Source: an uncultured Clostridia bacterium (lineage in GTDB: Bacteria > Bacillota > Clostridia > Tissierellales > DATGTQ01). Taken from it: a DNA stretch of 64,000 nucleotides. A program made the position numbers and the translations under genes. The notes below the pieces were generated by a model. It ran no database searches and was not told where the DNA came from. It saw only the letters and a list, made by a program, of their open reading frames with translations. Positions 11,391 to 25,197 of this stretch are shown piece after piece. The stretch is taken from the NCBI GenBank assembly GCA_964447805.1, contig CAYUTQ010000004.1, positions 10,429-74,428 of the forward strand, written 5' to 3'. Each line of letters opens with the position of its first letter. The stretch's first letter is position 1.

Positions 11391-12383
11391 ATGGGTGAAA
11401 CTTTCTATATTTTTAAGGATGGAAATTTGAAAAGGAAAGATAATAATGTGATTATTAAAGGATTAGATGGTCAATACAAGAATCTTAAAGCAGAAGTAAC
11501 TGATGAAATATACCTTTTTGGTGAAATTAGTATGAATACTAAATTACTTAATTTTTTGTCTCAGAAAGATATAACAATGCATGTATTTAATTATTATGGA
11601 TTTTATAGTGGTAGTTTTTATCCTCGGGAATCTAATATTAGTGGATATTTGCTAGTTCAACAAGTAAGATGTTATGACAATATAGGAAAAAGATTAGAGT
11701 TGGCAAAAGAGATATTGAAAACTGCTTTTTATAATATATATAGAAATTTGAGATATTACAATGGAAGAGGAATTGAGTTAAATGAGCCTATGAGAGAAAT
11801 TCAAAGTCTTAGCAATAGGTTGGATTATGGCAATAGTATAAATGAAATCATGGGAGTAGAAGGGAATATTAGGAAAATATATTATTCTACATGGAATGAC
11901 ATAATCAAACAAGATATAAATTTTAAAAAGAGAGTGAAAAGGCCACCAGATAACATGATTAATTCACTAATTTCATTTGTCAATAGTTTGATATACACAA
12001 CTGTGTTAAGTGAAATATATAAAACTCAATTAAATCCTACAATAAGCTATTTACATGAACCTGGAACTAAAAGATTTTCTTTATGTTTAGATATAGCAGA
12101 AATATTTAAGCCTTTAATTGGGGATCGAATGATATTTTCTATGTTAAATAAGAATCAAATTACAGAAGAAGATTTTGAAAGGGAATCAAATTTTTTATAT
12201 ATAAAAGAATTGGGGAAAAAGAAAATTTTGATGGAATATGATACAAGACTTGCCCAAACAATTTATCATAAAGAATTAAAGAGAGATGTATCTTATAGAT
12301 ATTTAATTAGGCTAGAATGCTATAAGTTAATAAAAGATATTATTGGAGAGAAGAAATATGAAGGGTTTAAGATTTGGTGGTGA
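11391..12383 (+). CDS. cas1: Cas1 integrase
   Basis: 330 aa, with the size and position typical of I-B Cas1 and conserved acidic/His-containing C-terminal half. GGAG RBS. Confidence 0.9.
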   Translation: MGETFYIFKDGNLKRKDNNVIIKGLDGQYKNLKAEVTDEIYLFGEISMNTKLLNFLSQKDITMHVFNYYGFYSGSFYPRESNISGYLLVQQVRCYDNIGKRLELAKEILKTAFYNIYRNLRYYNGRGIELNEPMREIQSLSNRLDYGNSINEIMGVEGNIRKIYYSTWNDIIKQDINFKKRVKRPPDNMINSLISFVNSLIYTTVLSEIYKTQLNPTISYLHEPGTKRFSLCLDIAEIFKPLIGDRMIFSMLNKNQITEEDFERESNFLYIKELGKKKILMEYDTRLAQTIYHKELKRDVSYRYLIRLECYKLIKDIIGEKKYEGFKIWW

Positions 12384-12391
12384 TAGGATTT

Positions 12392-12670
12392 ATGTATGTA
12401 ATATTGATGTACGATATTGTTACAGATGAAAAAGGACCTAAAGTTGCAAGAAATACTTTTAAGACATGTAAAAAATATCTAACTCATATACAAAAATCCG
12501 TGTTTGAGGGTAATTTGACAGAATTAGATTTAATGAAATTAGAGGCAGAATTAGATGATTACATTAGAAAAGATAGGGATTCTCTTATTATATTTAAAAG
12601 TAGAAGTGAAAAATGGTTGGAAAAAGAATTTTGTGGAATAGAAGATGATAAGACATCCAATTTTTTTTAA
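12392..12670 (+). CDS. cas2: Cas2
   Basis: Starts MYVILMYDI, the classic Cas2 N-terminal beta strand with catalytic Asp. About 92 aa, immediately after cas1. Confidence 0.85.
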   Translation: MYVILMYDIVTDEKGPKVARNTFKTCKKYLTHIQKSVFEGNLTELDLMKLEAELDDYIRKDRDSLIIFKSRSEKWLEKEFCGIEDDKTSNFF

Positions 12671-12854
12671 TATCACTTTGTCGACCTATAATAATGTAAA
12701 AACTTTGGGACATTGACAATTTTGATGAAATGAATAGTTGAAATATGAAATGTGAGAAATTTATATAATATTTTTATTTTTAAATGGGAATAAATAGTTT
12801 ATAGACAAAAACACATACTAAACAATAGTAGAATCAATGCTTCCAGAGGAAAGG
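12671..12854 (+). promoter_or_regulatory. CRISPR leader (AT-rich, cas2-proximal)
   Basis: A 184-bp AT-rich non-coding stretch between cas2 and repeat 1. The decayed repeat lies at the opposite end of the array, so the leader is here. I could not pin down an exact promoter. Confidence 0.55.
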
Positions 12855-15800
12855 CTTTTAATAGAACTACAGTAGAATGTAAATTTTTTTGTTCCCCCTC
12901 TTTTTTAATTGTTCATTTCCCTTTTAATAGAACTACAGTAGAATGTAAATTTTGCTCTTTTAGATGACTGAATCATGTTGTGAAGTTCCTTTTAATAGAA
13001 CTACAGTAGAATGTAAATAAAATAAATCATAAAAAAGATAAACACGACCTTCCTCACCTTTTAATAGAACTACAGTAGAATGTAAATGAGGTTATGGAGT
13101 ATTGCCAAAAATGGCAATGCTAGCTTTTAATAGAACTACAGTAGAATGTAAATTTAATTTTAATGTCGTTTTTGTTTGCTACTATGTCACTTTTAATAGA
13201 ACTACAGTAGAATGTAAATGTCTTTATTTTTTCTATAGAGCTTCTTGAGTAGTTCCCTTTTAATAGAACTACAGTAGAATGTAAATCTAATAAAGATATA
13301 GTTATGTTTTTTACTCTTTTTTCCTTTTAATAGAACTACAGTAGAATGTAAATAAAAATCCATCAACTTTTAGTTTCTTATTAAATTGTCTTTTAATAGA
13401 ACTACAGTAGAATGTAAATGCATCAGGGGAAAGACCTATTAACTTTAAATTTGTTGCTTTTAATAGAACTACAGTAGAATGTAAATTTCTTCTAGTTCTT
13501 TATCTCCCCATTTTTTGGCTATCTTTTAATAGAACTACAGTAGAATGTAAATACGGTTGACTTGTTTGCAGACAAAATAGAAGTAACACTTTTAATAGAA
13601 CTACAGTAGAATGTAAATTTTTTACTAATGCATTTGAGTTACCTCTTTGACAAACTTTTAATAGAACTACAGTAGAATGTAAATTAGACAAAAAAACACC
13701 TATCATCAATCCTAATATACCTTTTAATAGAACTACAGTAGAATGTAAATTACCAGGTTAAAGGCGGCAGAAAAGTTAGATATTAAAACTTTTAATAGAA
13801 CTACAGTAGAATGTAAATCAGACGTTAGGTACGACGAGGATTTACCTGCAAACTTTTAATAGAACTACAGTAGAATGTAAATCCCCCTTTTTGAACAACT
13901 TGTACATTGTGCAAGTCTCCTTTTAATAGAACTACAGTAGAATGTAAATAGGTCTTCAACAATTCTTCTTATTTCTTCCTTGTAAACTTTTAATAGAACT
14001 ACAGTAGAATGTAAATGTTGCCATCCTTCTTTGGCAACTACGGAAATGTACTTCTTTTAATAGAACTACAGTAGAATGTAAATGATAGAAGGCCATATTT
14101 TCCTGTACCTTTCCTAGGACTTTTAATAGAACTACAGTAGAATGTAAATAATGGAACAGTAGACATTGACAAAGTACAAACAAAACTTTTAATAGAACTA
14201 CAGTAGAATGTAAATTATTATTAATAGTAGGATCTTTATCAGGTGCAATACTTTTAATAGAACTACAGTAGAATGTAAATATTAGTCAACGAAAGTGGCT
14301 GGAAGATGTATATAATTCTTTTAATAGAACTACAGTAGAATGTAAATGTTAATTGGAGAGATAGATGGCCTGAATATTACAAACTTTTAATAGAACTACA
14401 GTAGAATGTAAATTTACAAAAGGGGAGCTATGGCAGGGAAAGTTTTGTTACTTTTAATAGAACTACAGTAGAATGTAAATACCCTCCTGTCCCGCCTTAC
14501 TGCTTCTTGTAGCACTCTTTTAATAGAACTACAGTAGAATGTAAATTTCATCATATTCCACATATTCAGCATCCAGTGAAAATCTTTTAATAGAACTACA
14601 GTAGAATGTAAATTTCCAAATAGCCTTAAATGCAGTTTTTGCTGCTGACTTTTAATAGAACTACAGTAGAATGTAAATGTGAAAATTTATATCTGGCATC
14701 ATGTTGCTTTGTGTCTTTTAATAGAACTACAGTAGAATGTAAATCTAAATTGTCCTCTAAATGCATTTCCGCTGTAAACCTTTTAATAGAACTACAGTAG
14801 AATGTAAATTTAAGTGATGAGTTGGATTTAGCATTACTAGAGAAACTTTTAATAGAACTACAGTAGAATGTAAATATTTCTAACCCCATACTTAATAGCA
14901 CCATCTTCAAACTTTTAATAGAACTACAGTAGAATGTAAATTTCCAAACCCTAGTTGTTACTGACTTAATTGCATTAACTTTTAATAGAACTACAGTAGA
15001 ATGTAAATAAACAAAGATTACCTTTATCACATATTAAAGCTAGTCTTTTAATAGAACTACAGTAGAATGTAAATATATGTCCCTTTGATACCATACAGAA
15101 TCGGGATCGTACTCTTTTAATAGAACTACAGTAGAATGTAAATTAAGTACTTTAATTTTATACAATATGTCGTAAGCTTCTTTTAATAGAACTACAGTAG
15201 AATGTAAATACTCAAATCTAACCCTAACTGCTTTTGTGCTGGAAATACTTTTAATAGAACTACAGTAGAATGTAAATGTAATTATGTTGTACCACGTTAC
15301 TAATAGGAATATTGCTTTTAATAGAACTACAGTAGAATGTAAATTTTGTACTTTTTAGGATACTCTTTTTTAAAGTGCTTTCTTTTAATAGAACTACAGT
15401 AGAATGTAAATTGTAGTTGTATATACAATAGATATATCGTCCCTAATCTTTTAATAGAACTACAGTAGAATGTAAATTTTCTTCTGCTTCAAGCTCTTTA
15501 TTATCAGCATCTACCTTTTAATAGAACTACAGTAGAATGTAAATAATTTATAAATAGCTTGTTGTGCATATTTAAAGTCTTCTTTTAATAGAACTACAGT
15601 AGAATGTAAATTATGTAAGGATGTGGTAAAGTGTTTTATGATAAAGACTTTTAATAGAACTACAGTAGAATGTAAATGAATGGAAAAAAGAAGTAATGAA
15701 AAATGTCAATAAGCTTTTAATAGAACTACAGTAGAATGTAAATTCAGGAAAAGGAATTCACATTATATGCAAAGGATCTCCTTTTAATAGAACTACAGTA

Positions 15801-18800
15801 GAATGTAAATCCTAAATATCTAACATAAGACAAGCTTTATCCCATACTTTTAATAGAACTACAGTAGAATGTAAATTTAAGTGTTGAATTCCTTTCCATA
15901 TGCTTGAAAAAACTTTTAATAGAACTACAGTAGAATGTAAATTTAGTTGAATTGTCGGATAGGGAAATAACATTGTCATACTTTTAATAGAACTACAGTA
16001 GAATGTAAATTTAAATGAAAATGCTTGGCATGCAGGAGATGGAAGACTTTTAATAGAACTACAGTAGAATGTAAATTATATTGAAAATGCTAGATGAGTA
16101 TGCCAAGGCTAACTTTTAATAGAACTACAGTAGAATGTAAATTTTCCTGATGGACTGTATTCTGCATAACTTTCTAGACTTTTAATAGAACTACAGTAGA
16201 ATGTAAATTTTCCATAGCAGAAGAATACACACTCTTCCTTTGTAGACTTTTAATAGAACTACAGTAGAATGTAAATCAAAAATCAACGTATCTAAGCCCA
16301 CTACTACTAATACTTTTAATAGAACTACAGTAGAATGTAAATGAGATTATACCGATTGAGGTAGAGGGGAATTTACAAGCTTTTAATAGAACTACAGTAG
16401 AATGTAAATAGCTTTCAAATACACTGATACTAAAATAATAACTCCCTTTTAATAGAACTACAGTAGAATGTAAATTTAACCGTCCCTGGTAATAGGCCCA
16501 GCCTGGTTTATCTTTTAATAGAACTACAGTAGAATGTAAATTAAAGTAAACCAGCACTTTCAGACCTATTTCCCATTCTTTTAATAGAACTACAGTAGAA
16601 TGTAAATCCATTTCAAAGTATCAATTGTTTGGTCCTTTAATTCCCTTTTAATAGAACTACAGTAGAATGTAAATTATGAAAGCAATAAAATGATTCTCAT
16701 CACCTTCTCCCTTTTAATAGAACTACAGTAGAATGTAAATCCTTCTCACCCTCCTTTGTGGTCGAACTATTATTCTCTTTTAATAGAACTACAGTAGAAT
16801 GTAAATAGGGCATGTGATAATTCTTATAAGCTCCTGCCCCTACTTTTAATAGAACTACAGTAGAATGTAAATTAGTTTTTCCGTCAGCATTCCCTATTGC
16901 GTTCGCTACCTTTTAATAGAACTACAGTAGAATGTAAATTTAAAATTAGAGAAGAATAAAAAATTTGTGTTGAAACTTTTAATAGAACTACAGTAGAATG
17001 TAAATGAATTTAATAATAAAAAATGGACTGTTGGCTTATCCCTTTTAATAGAACTACAGTAGAATGTAAATTAATTTAAATTCTGGTTTAAATTCAAACT
17101 CCTTGCCACTTTTAATAGAACTACAGTAGAATGTAAATATGGTAAAGACACTTAATTATTCTCTTGAGGATATGCTTTTAATAGAACTACAGTAGAATGT
17201 AAATCATACTCTTATGTCGTTCAACCAATTGAAGCCAGCCATCTTTTAATAGAACTACAGTAGAATGTAAATGAGATTATTCCAATTCGTTGGACAGGAA
17301 TACAAACACTTTTAATAGAACTACAGTAGAATGTAAATTCTGATAATTTCTTATAGTGACTTATTACGTCTCCCCCTTTTAATAGAACTACAGTAGAATG
17401 TAAATGATGATACAGCGAAGAATATCAACTGGATTATTACTCTTTTAATAGAACTACAGTAGAATGTAAATTATGAAAGTTGGAAAGAAGGATTATTTAA
17501 AGCTTATTCTTTTAATAGAACTACAGTAGAATGTAAATTAAAATAATGATACGCTCTTGCCTATACTCTCCAGGCTTTTAATAGAACTACAGTAGAATGT
17601 AAATAAGGAAATAAAAATGCAATAGGCAATAATGGTGGAGCTTTTAATAGAACTACAGTAGAATGTAAATGAAATAGCTGCACTTCCTATAAAGAGCACT
17701 ATGAAACTTTTAATAGAACTACAGTAGAATGTAAATTGGGTAAATGATGTAGAAACAGAACTTAGAAAACTTCTTTTAATAGAACTACAGTAGAATGTAA
17801 ATGCAGTTCATAAGGCCATGAAGCTATCAAAAGATATAGCTTTTAATAGAACTACAGTAGAATGTAAATGATACTAAACTGGACATTGCTAGGACCATTC
17901 TTGCTACCTTTTAATAGAACTACAGTAGAATGTAAATATGATTTAATTCTTTTATCTAGTGCATTGTTTATATACTTTTAATAGAACTACAGTAGAATGT
18001 AAATGAGGATAACCCACGAATACAAGCACTCCTGGATAACTTTTAATAGAACTACAGTAGAATGTAAATTTTTGCTGCCTCATCTGCTATAACTTCCTTG
18101 TGTTCCTTTTAATAGAACTACAGTAGAATGTAAATCACTTACAACGTAATAGAACTTTCTTTTTATAACTAACTTTTAATAGAACTACAGTAGAATGTAA
18201 ATCTCATATAACTGTTTTGTAGGTTTCTGAATACGTTCACTTTTAATAGAACTACAGTAGAATGTAAATGTATTAAAAAGACTAATAGAAATATTTACAG
18301 ATGAGCTTTTAATAGAACTACAGTAGAATGTAAATGTCCCATCATGTCTGCATTAGCAAGGCTCATATACCCCTTTTAATAGAACTACAGTAGAATGTAA
18401 ATATTTATGAATTCGTTTTACCAGCCTTAAATGCATTAACTTTTAATAGAACTACAGTAGAATGTAAATAAGAATTATGGGCAGCCAAAACGGTTATAGC
18501 ATCACTTTTAATAGAACTACAGTAGAATGTAAATCAATATTATTTTACATGTTTTAACCTTAGTAGAAAGCTTTTAATAGAACTACAGTAGAATGTAAAT
18601 CAGCCTGGAGAAGATTTTACAGTAGGTGGTACTGTTGCTTTTAATAGAACTACAGTAGAATGTAAATAAGTCTAATAAAGTTTGGAAATGGGGTATGGGT
18701 GGACTTTTAATAGAACTACAGTAGAATGTAAATAAATAAAGCGAAGGAAAGATTGAAAGATTTTCAAAACTTTTAATAGAACTACAGTAGAATGTAAATG

Positions 18801-21800
18801 GATCTAGGTCATATGATGGAGTTTCACTTGCGAGTCTTTTAATAGAACTACAGTAGAATGTAAATTTTTTTATCCTAAGCCTTCTATTTAGTCTGTATTA
18901 AGCTTTTAATAGAACTACAGTAGAATGTAAATATAGAAATAAAATTCACACAAAAATGGATTAAGCTAACCTTTTAATAGAACTACAGTAGAATGTAAAT
19001 AAGTATATCCAAATATTCTAGGATCTAATATATACCATCTTTTAATAGAACTACAGTAGAATGTAAATCATAGATGGAGGGCAGTATCTTCACATCCAGG
19101 TCATCTTTTAATAGAACTACAGTAGAATGTAAATATACACATCTTAATATCAATATACTAAAAGCTATAACTTTTAATAGAACTACAGTAGAATGTAAAT
19201 TGGAGTTGCGGTGGAGCCTTTTTCGAGTTTAGGTGACTTTTAATAGAACTACAGTAGAATGTAAATTACTCTATCAAGTTCTTTAACTTTTTCTTTATAT
19301 GTCTTTTAATAGAACTACAGTAGAATGTAAATTAAGAAATATAAAATCAAATATACTGGGCATAACAGCTTTTAATAGAACTACAGTAGAATGTAAATGC
19401 ATCTTCAACCAATGCCATGACATCAGAAATATCTCTTTTAATAGAACTACAGTAGAATGTAAATATACAGTAACAAAATCATAACAAAATATTGGGAAGA
19501 CTTTTAATAGAACTACAGTAGAATGTAAATTGATGTCGGCCATTTCTTTTGTTTTTCCAGATGAATCTTTTAATAGAACTACAGTAGAATGTAAATAAAA
19601 TTGCTAGAAAAGCATGGTAAAAAAGATAATGACTTTTAATAGAACTACAGTAGAATGTAAATGGATGATATAGATAAGAGTATTGATAAGATTGAGGTCT
19701 TTTAATAGAACTACAGTAGAATGTAAATCTTGATGAAGTATTAGTTGACTTAAGAGGATCTTTCGCTTTTAATAGAACTACAGTAGAATGTAAATACTAC
19801 TAGAGAAAAATTAAACGATACTACTATAAACCTTTTAATAGAACTACAGTAGAATGTAAATTATTTTCTTAGCTGTTTTATCACTTGTTCCAGCTAACTT
19901 TTAATAGAACTACAGTAGAATGTAAATTTGAGTGGACAATCTCCTAACAATACAGGAGGTTCTCTTTTAATAGAACTACAGTAGAATGTAAATTGGATAA
20001 CATGATTAAATTGGACAGGTCTTATTCTCACTTTTAATAGAACTACAGTAGAATGTAAATAATGGCATAGATGGGCATGGTGTAGGTTGGTGTAAAACTT
20101 TTAATAGAACTACAGTAGAATGTAAATGACTCAGCAGAACAGGTATTGATTAGAGGATTAAACTTTTAATAGAACTACAGTAGAATGTAAATAAATTCGA
20201 CTGTATCACAGGAGGATTTCCTTGCCAACTTTTAATAGAACTACAGTAGAATGTAAATATCCACTCCTCATCTTTTATATCTCCTCTTCTTAATCTTTTA
20301 ATAGAACTACAGTAGAATGTAAATTATAAACGACATGCCCAAAATAGCGATTCCAGTTAAGCTTTTAATAGAACTACAGTAGAATGTAAATTATTATCCT
20401 ATCCTCTTTTTCAAATTGCTCATATAACTTTTAATAGAACTACAGTAGAATGTAAATTTAGAAGTCATAAGTAAAAGAATAAAGAAACTGCATAACTTTT
20501 AATAGAACTACAGTAGAATGTAAATTAAACGGGGAGTTTGAAGAAGAACATACCCGCTGGACTTTTAATAGAACTACAGTAGAATGTAAATAGCTATCCA
20601 TTTAGGTTGGATAACAGAAACAGCGTTCTTTTAATAGAACTACAGTAGAATGTAAATAGTTCTCGAACGGTCGGGAAAGTACATCTTGGGGAGCTTTTAA
20701 TAGAACTACAGTAGAATGTAAATTATTAATGCAGGCGGAGGAACTGGTGCAGAGGTTTTACTTTTAATAGAACTACAGTAGAATGTAAATTTTTTATACA
20801 TTAGTTCATAGATGTAATTATATTTAACTTTTAATAGAACTACAGTAGAATGTAAATGTAATTGTAAAGCTTCGTTCTGTGTAAGGAAATTCACTTTTAA
20901 TAGAACTACAGTAGAATGTAAATTAATAGGACCTAATATTCTTCCTACTTTAACTCCATCTTTTAATAGAACTACAGTAGAATGTAAATATATAATCTAA
21001 AATTCCTTTTGTTACAGCTTCTGCAACCTTTTAATAGAACTACAGTAGAATGTAAATAAGGCGGATTATGTTGATAGGATACTCAAGAATAAACTTTTAA
21101 TAGAACTACAGTAGAATGTAAATGTAGTACCTTAGGGAGTGATTAAATGAAAGCGGAGGCTTTTAATAGAACTACAGTAGAATGTAAATAAAGTTAAACT
21201 GTGGATTATAATAAAGCCTTCTTCCCTTTTAATAGAACTACAGTAGAATGTAAATCTTAATTCATCATACTTACTAAAGTCATAAGGAACACCCTTTTAA
21301 TAGAACTACAGTAGAATGTAAATAAAGTTTTATTTGCTGAAGCTGTCACTGCTTCACATACTTTTAATAGAACTACAGTAGAATGTAAATACTGTTGTCT
21401 TGCCACTAAAAGTAGTTCCTTCCATAACTTTTAATAGAACTACAGTAGAATGTAAATTGAGTATGACTCCATTTCTCCAATATGATTAACACAACTTTTA
21501 ATAGAACTACAGTAGAATGTAAATTTTTATGGTGATATGAATTTGAAAAAACGAGAACAAACTTTTAATAGAACTACAGTAGAATGTAAATGTCATTAAT
21601 CTTCTAATCCAGCCTTCTGTATCCATCTTTTAATAGAACTACAGTAGAATGTAAATACTAGAATATGATAAATAAACTTCATCTGTAGGTACCTTTTAAT
21701 AGAACTACAGTAGAATGTAAATCCTAATGCACAAGCATATTCTACTTGTGTTCTAATACTTTTAATAGAACTACAGTAGAATGTAAATATTTTGTTTTTC

Positions 21801-23182
21801 TGCTGTTACATTTTCCAATGATTTACTTTTAATAGAACTACAGTAGAATGTAAATTTGCCTGCTTGTCATCGGGATTGATTTTTACTTTCCCTTTTAATA
21901 GAACTACAGTAGAATGTAAATTATATAGGCGGAAAATCATCAGCAGGGCATGGAAAACTTTTAATAGAACTACAGTAGAATGTAAATATATCTGGATCAT
22001 CTGATAAGGGTTGCGATACAAACTTTTAATAGAACTACAGTAGAATGTAAATGTGACTTGTATAGTTATTATACCCAACCGAATCAACCTTTTAATAGAA
22101 CTACAGTAGAATGTAAATAAAGCTGTCTCTAAACTTTCAAATCTGTCTTCAACTCTTTTAATAGAACTACAGTAGAATGTAAATAAGCAAGATGGATTAA
22201 AGGCTTACAAAGAATCTTTGCTTTTAATAGAACTACAGTAGAATGTAAATCCTTAAATCATTGTACTTCTTCATCTGTGCTTGGGTTCTTTTAATAGAAC
22301 TACAGTAGAATGTAAATACGGGTAAGACTACATTAGTGAATATTTTAAGAGACTTTTAATAGAACTACAGTAGAATGTAAATTATCTCTATATTTCTGTT
22401 TTTCATCTTCTGTAATTTTATCTTTTAATAGAACTACAGTAGAATGTAAATTTAGGTTTGTTGCTGCGTTCAACATTTTAGGTATGACTTTTAATAGAAC
22501 TACAGTAGAATGTAAATTAGTTCTCCCACATGATTTACAAGTTTTTTGCATAACTTTTAATAGAACTACAGTAGAATGTAAATATATCTTCAAGGCTGTT
22601 ATTGATAGCATTTTCTAATCTTTTAATAGAACTACAGTAGAATGTAAATTTCTCTTTTTAATATTCTTCATACTAACTTCTCTTACTTTTAATAGAACTA
22701 CAGTAGAATGTAAATTCATTTTTTACAAACTTTAGTATATTTTTTTCTTTGTCTTTTAATAGAACTACAGTAGAATGTAAATTGAGGTTAGAACGCTTAG
22801 TGAGAAATTTATATTCTTCCTTTTAATAGAACTACAGTAGAATGTAAATAAAAACAACCAATATGCGATACCGTGTCTTTTGTTTTCTTTTAATAGAACT
22901 ACAGTAGAATGTAAATATCAAAAAGATAAAGAAAGCATTAGGATTTGACTTTAGCTTTTAATAGAACTACAGTAGAATGTAAATGAAGGAAGGGGAGCCT
23001 TATATATTTGAAGATGGTAGCTTTTAATAGAACTACAGTAGAATGTAAATGCCTATATTGCGACTACAATAGAATCTCGTGGTGAACTTTTAATAGAACT
23101 ACAGTAGAATATAAATAATTATAATCACCATTCAAAATATATTTAGATATACCTTGTAATAGAACTATCCTAATATGCAGAG
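12855..23182 (+). CRISPR. CRISPR array: 155 conserved 30-bp repeats plus 1 decayed terminal repeat, spacers about 34-39 bp
   Basis: The repeat is CTTTTAATAGAACTACAGTAGAATGTAAAT. I located every repeat start from 12855 to 23087. Repeat 155 (23087-23116) carries one G>A change (..AATATAAAT). The terminal copy at 23153-23182 is CTTGTAATAGAACTATCCTAATATGCAGAG. Confidence 0.97.
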
Positions 23183-23349
23183 TTAGATATAAATGTTATA
23201 TATTTTTACTTATTTTGATGTTTATTGTAATAATATAAGGCGGTTTAACTGGTTTTATATTACAAATATTCAGATAAAAAAGAAGGTTTTAAATATTTGT
23301 TGTTGAATAATATACAATAAGTTCCATTATAAAAGAAAGGTGAAAAAAA

Positions 23350-25197
23350 GTGACTACATCAAAAAGTAGGCAACCAATTAAATTGCTGAAGAGTATAAGC
23401 TTTCCAACATTTCAACTTTATGCAAAGATTAATAATAAAAAATTGGATCCTGAATTAGCACTTAAAATTTCGGTTTTAGAAACTATGTTATGGTTAAGAA
23501 AACGATTTAGAGAACTTGAAATACCAAGTGAAATAATATTGCCAGAACCAGAAGATTATGAAATTGTAAATAAAAATGATTTTAAATCATTTCATATAAA
23601 TGAAGGTTATGTTTTAGATGTTGTGTATATTAAAGAATGTGGTATATGGTCTCTTCGTTTAATAGAATCAGATTTAGGACCAGAACCAGGAAAGCGAAAT
23701 CAAAAAAGAAAACCAGTACCAGGACGACTTTTTCAGACTAATATAGCATTTGCTATATATAATAATCAATTAGAATGTGGATTTAAAACATTATGTTCGG
23801 AACCAGAAGGTACGGATGTACCTTGTGAGGTTTTTAGATTAGCAGTGGTAAAATCAATAGTTAGGAATAAATTATTAGGATTAGAGCAAATTTATCCTAT
23901 TATAGAAGAAGCTCATTATGTAGATAATATAAATAAAATTAGAAAACTAAAAAAATTTATAAATGATAAAAATAGACAAATGCCATTAGTTATAGTAGTT
24001 GAACATATTCCAAAAGTTGATTTATCAAGAATTGAAAATAAATTTTTCAATTCTGATGTAAGGTATCAAGATTTAAAAAATAATATGTTATATAAAGAGT
24101 CAAGCAAAGTCACAAACAATCCAAAGCTTTCTTTTGATGCTAAAGATATTATTAAATACAGAATGGGATATGCACAATTTACAATAATATCAAAAAAAGC
24201 AATAGAAGATTATAATAGGATTATGGGTACAGATTATTCAGTTTCAGAAGGAGATGTTAGAATTGTATATCCTTTGAAATTTGATGACAATTCTGAGTTA
24301 TATAAATTAGATGATATTATTGCTAATAAAGATTATTTCAAGAATTGTTTAGTGGACAAACTTCAAAATTATCCTAAAGGCAAAAATATGGAGTTTGGAA
24401 ATGTAAAATTTTTAAATGAAGCACGGATTATTCAACAAGATCAAATTATTATGAAAAGTAATTCTAAAAAAGAGGCAATAAAGGCAAATGAGATTAAATT
24501 AGAAAGTATTAAACAAATATATGAAGAAAATATAAATAATTTACAAAGAGAATTAGAAGAAAAGAATAATAGAATAGCTAAGTTAAAGCATAAAAATTCC
24601 TTAAAAGAAAAAGAATTAAAAAATATAGATGCAAAATGGCAAAGAAAGATTGAAAAGCAAAAGAATATGTATGATGAGGAAATAATTAGTTTAAATAATA
24701 AAATTAAACGAAAGGAACGATTATTAGAAAGGCCAACAAAACCAGAAGAAGTACCTAGTTGGGTAGAAAAATATTTTTTTGATAAACTTATATTCCATAA
24801 AAGGGCTCAGGAGTTAATAAATAAGACTCCTATATTTGAAATTGATATGGATTTATTATGTGATGCTATTGAATTTTTAGCCTATGAATATCGAAATAAA
24901 GTTTTAGGTTTAATAAGTAAAGAAGAGATGAATGATATTTGTTCAAAAAAGTACGATAGACCTTTTACTGTTGGAACTTCAGGAAACTTAAGTATATATA
25001 AATACCCTAAAGAATATAAGATAAAATATGGAAAGGGTTTTACTGGGAAATCAGTAGAAGTAGCATTAAATATGCATTTAAAAGTAGGGAATGATAATGA
25101 AAATTTATTAAGGATTTATTTCTTCTTTGATAAAACGAATAAGTTAATAATAGTAGGTTCATTACCTAAACATTTACCTACTATTTCATATAAATGA
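23350..25197 (+). CDS. Hypothetical protein, 615 aa, with a central coiled-coil
   Basis: Long uninterrupted ORF with a GTG start after AAAGGTGA RBS. A Lys/Glu heptad-rich segment spans roughly residues 370-460. I recognise no family signature. Confidence 0.65.
   Translation: MTTSKSRQPIKLLKSISFPTFQLYAKINNKKLDPELALKISVLETMLWLRKRFRELEIPSEIILPEPEDYEIVNKNDFKSFHINEGYVLDVVYIKECGIWSLRLIESDLGPEPGKRNQKRKPVPGRLFQTNIAFAIYNNQLECGFKTLCSEPEGTDVPCEVFRLAVVKSIVRNKLLGLEQIYPIIEEAHYVDNINKIRKLKKFINDKNRQMPLVIVVEHIPKVDLSRIENKFFNSDVRYQDLKNNMLYKESSKVTNNPKLSFDAKDIIKYRMGYAQFTIISKKAIEDYNRIMGTDYSVSEGDVRIVYPLKFDDNSELYKLDDIIANKDYFKNCLVDKLQNYPKGKNMEFGNVKFLNEARIIQQDQIIMKSNSKKEAIKANEIKLESIKQIYEENINNLQRELEEKNNRIAKLKHKNSLKEKELKNIDAKWQRKIEKQKNMYDEEIISLNNKIKRKERLLERPTKPEEVPSWVEKYFFDKLIFHKRAQELINKTPIFEIDMDLLCDAIEFLAYEYRNKVLGLISKEEMNDICSKKYDRPFTVGTSGNLSIYKYPKEYKIKYGKGFTGKSVEVALNMHLKVGNDNENLLRIYFFFDKTNKLIIVGSLPKHLPTISYK

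Noticed and set aside
12713-12770. TTGACA (12713) and TATAAT-like (about 12764) hexamers in the CRISPR leader as the array promoter.
   Set aside because: Their spacing is incompatible with a single sigma-A promoter, and AT-rich leaders produce many chance -10-like hexamers. I left the promoter uncalled.
13500-22611. Many short ORFs on both strands inside the array (recurring LHSTVVLLK / FTFYCSSIKS / FNRTTVECK peptides).
   Set aside because: They are translations of the 30-bp CRISPR repeat in different frames. The periodic identical peptide segments are an artefact of the repeat, not genes.
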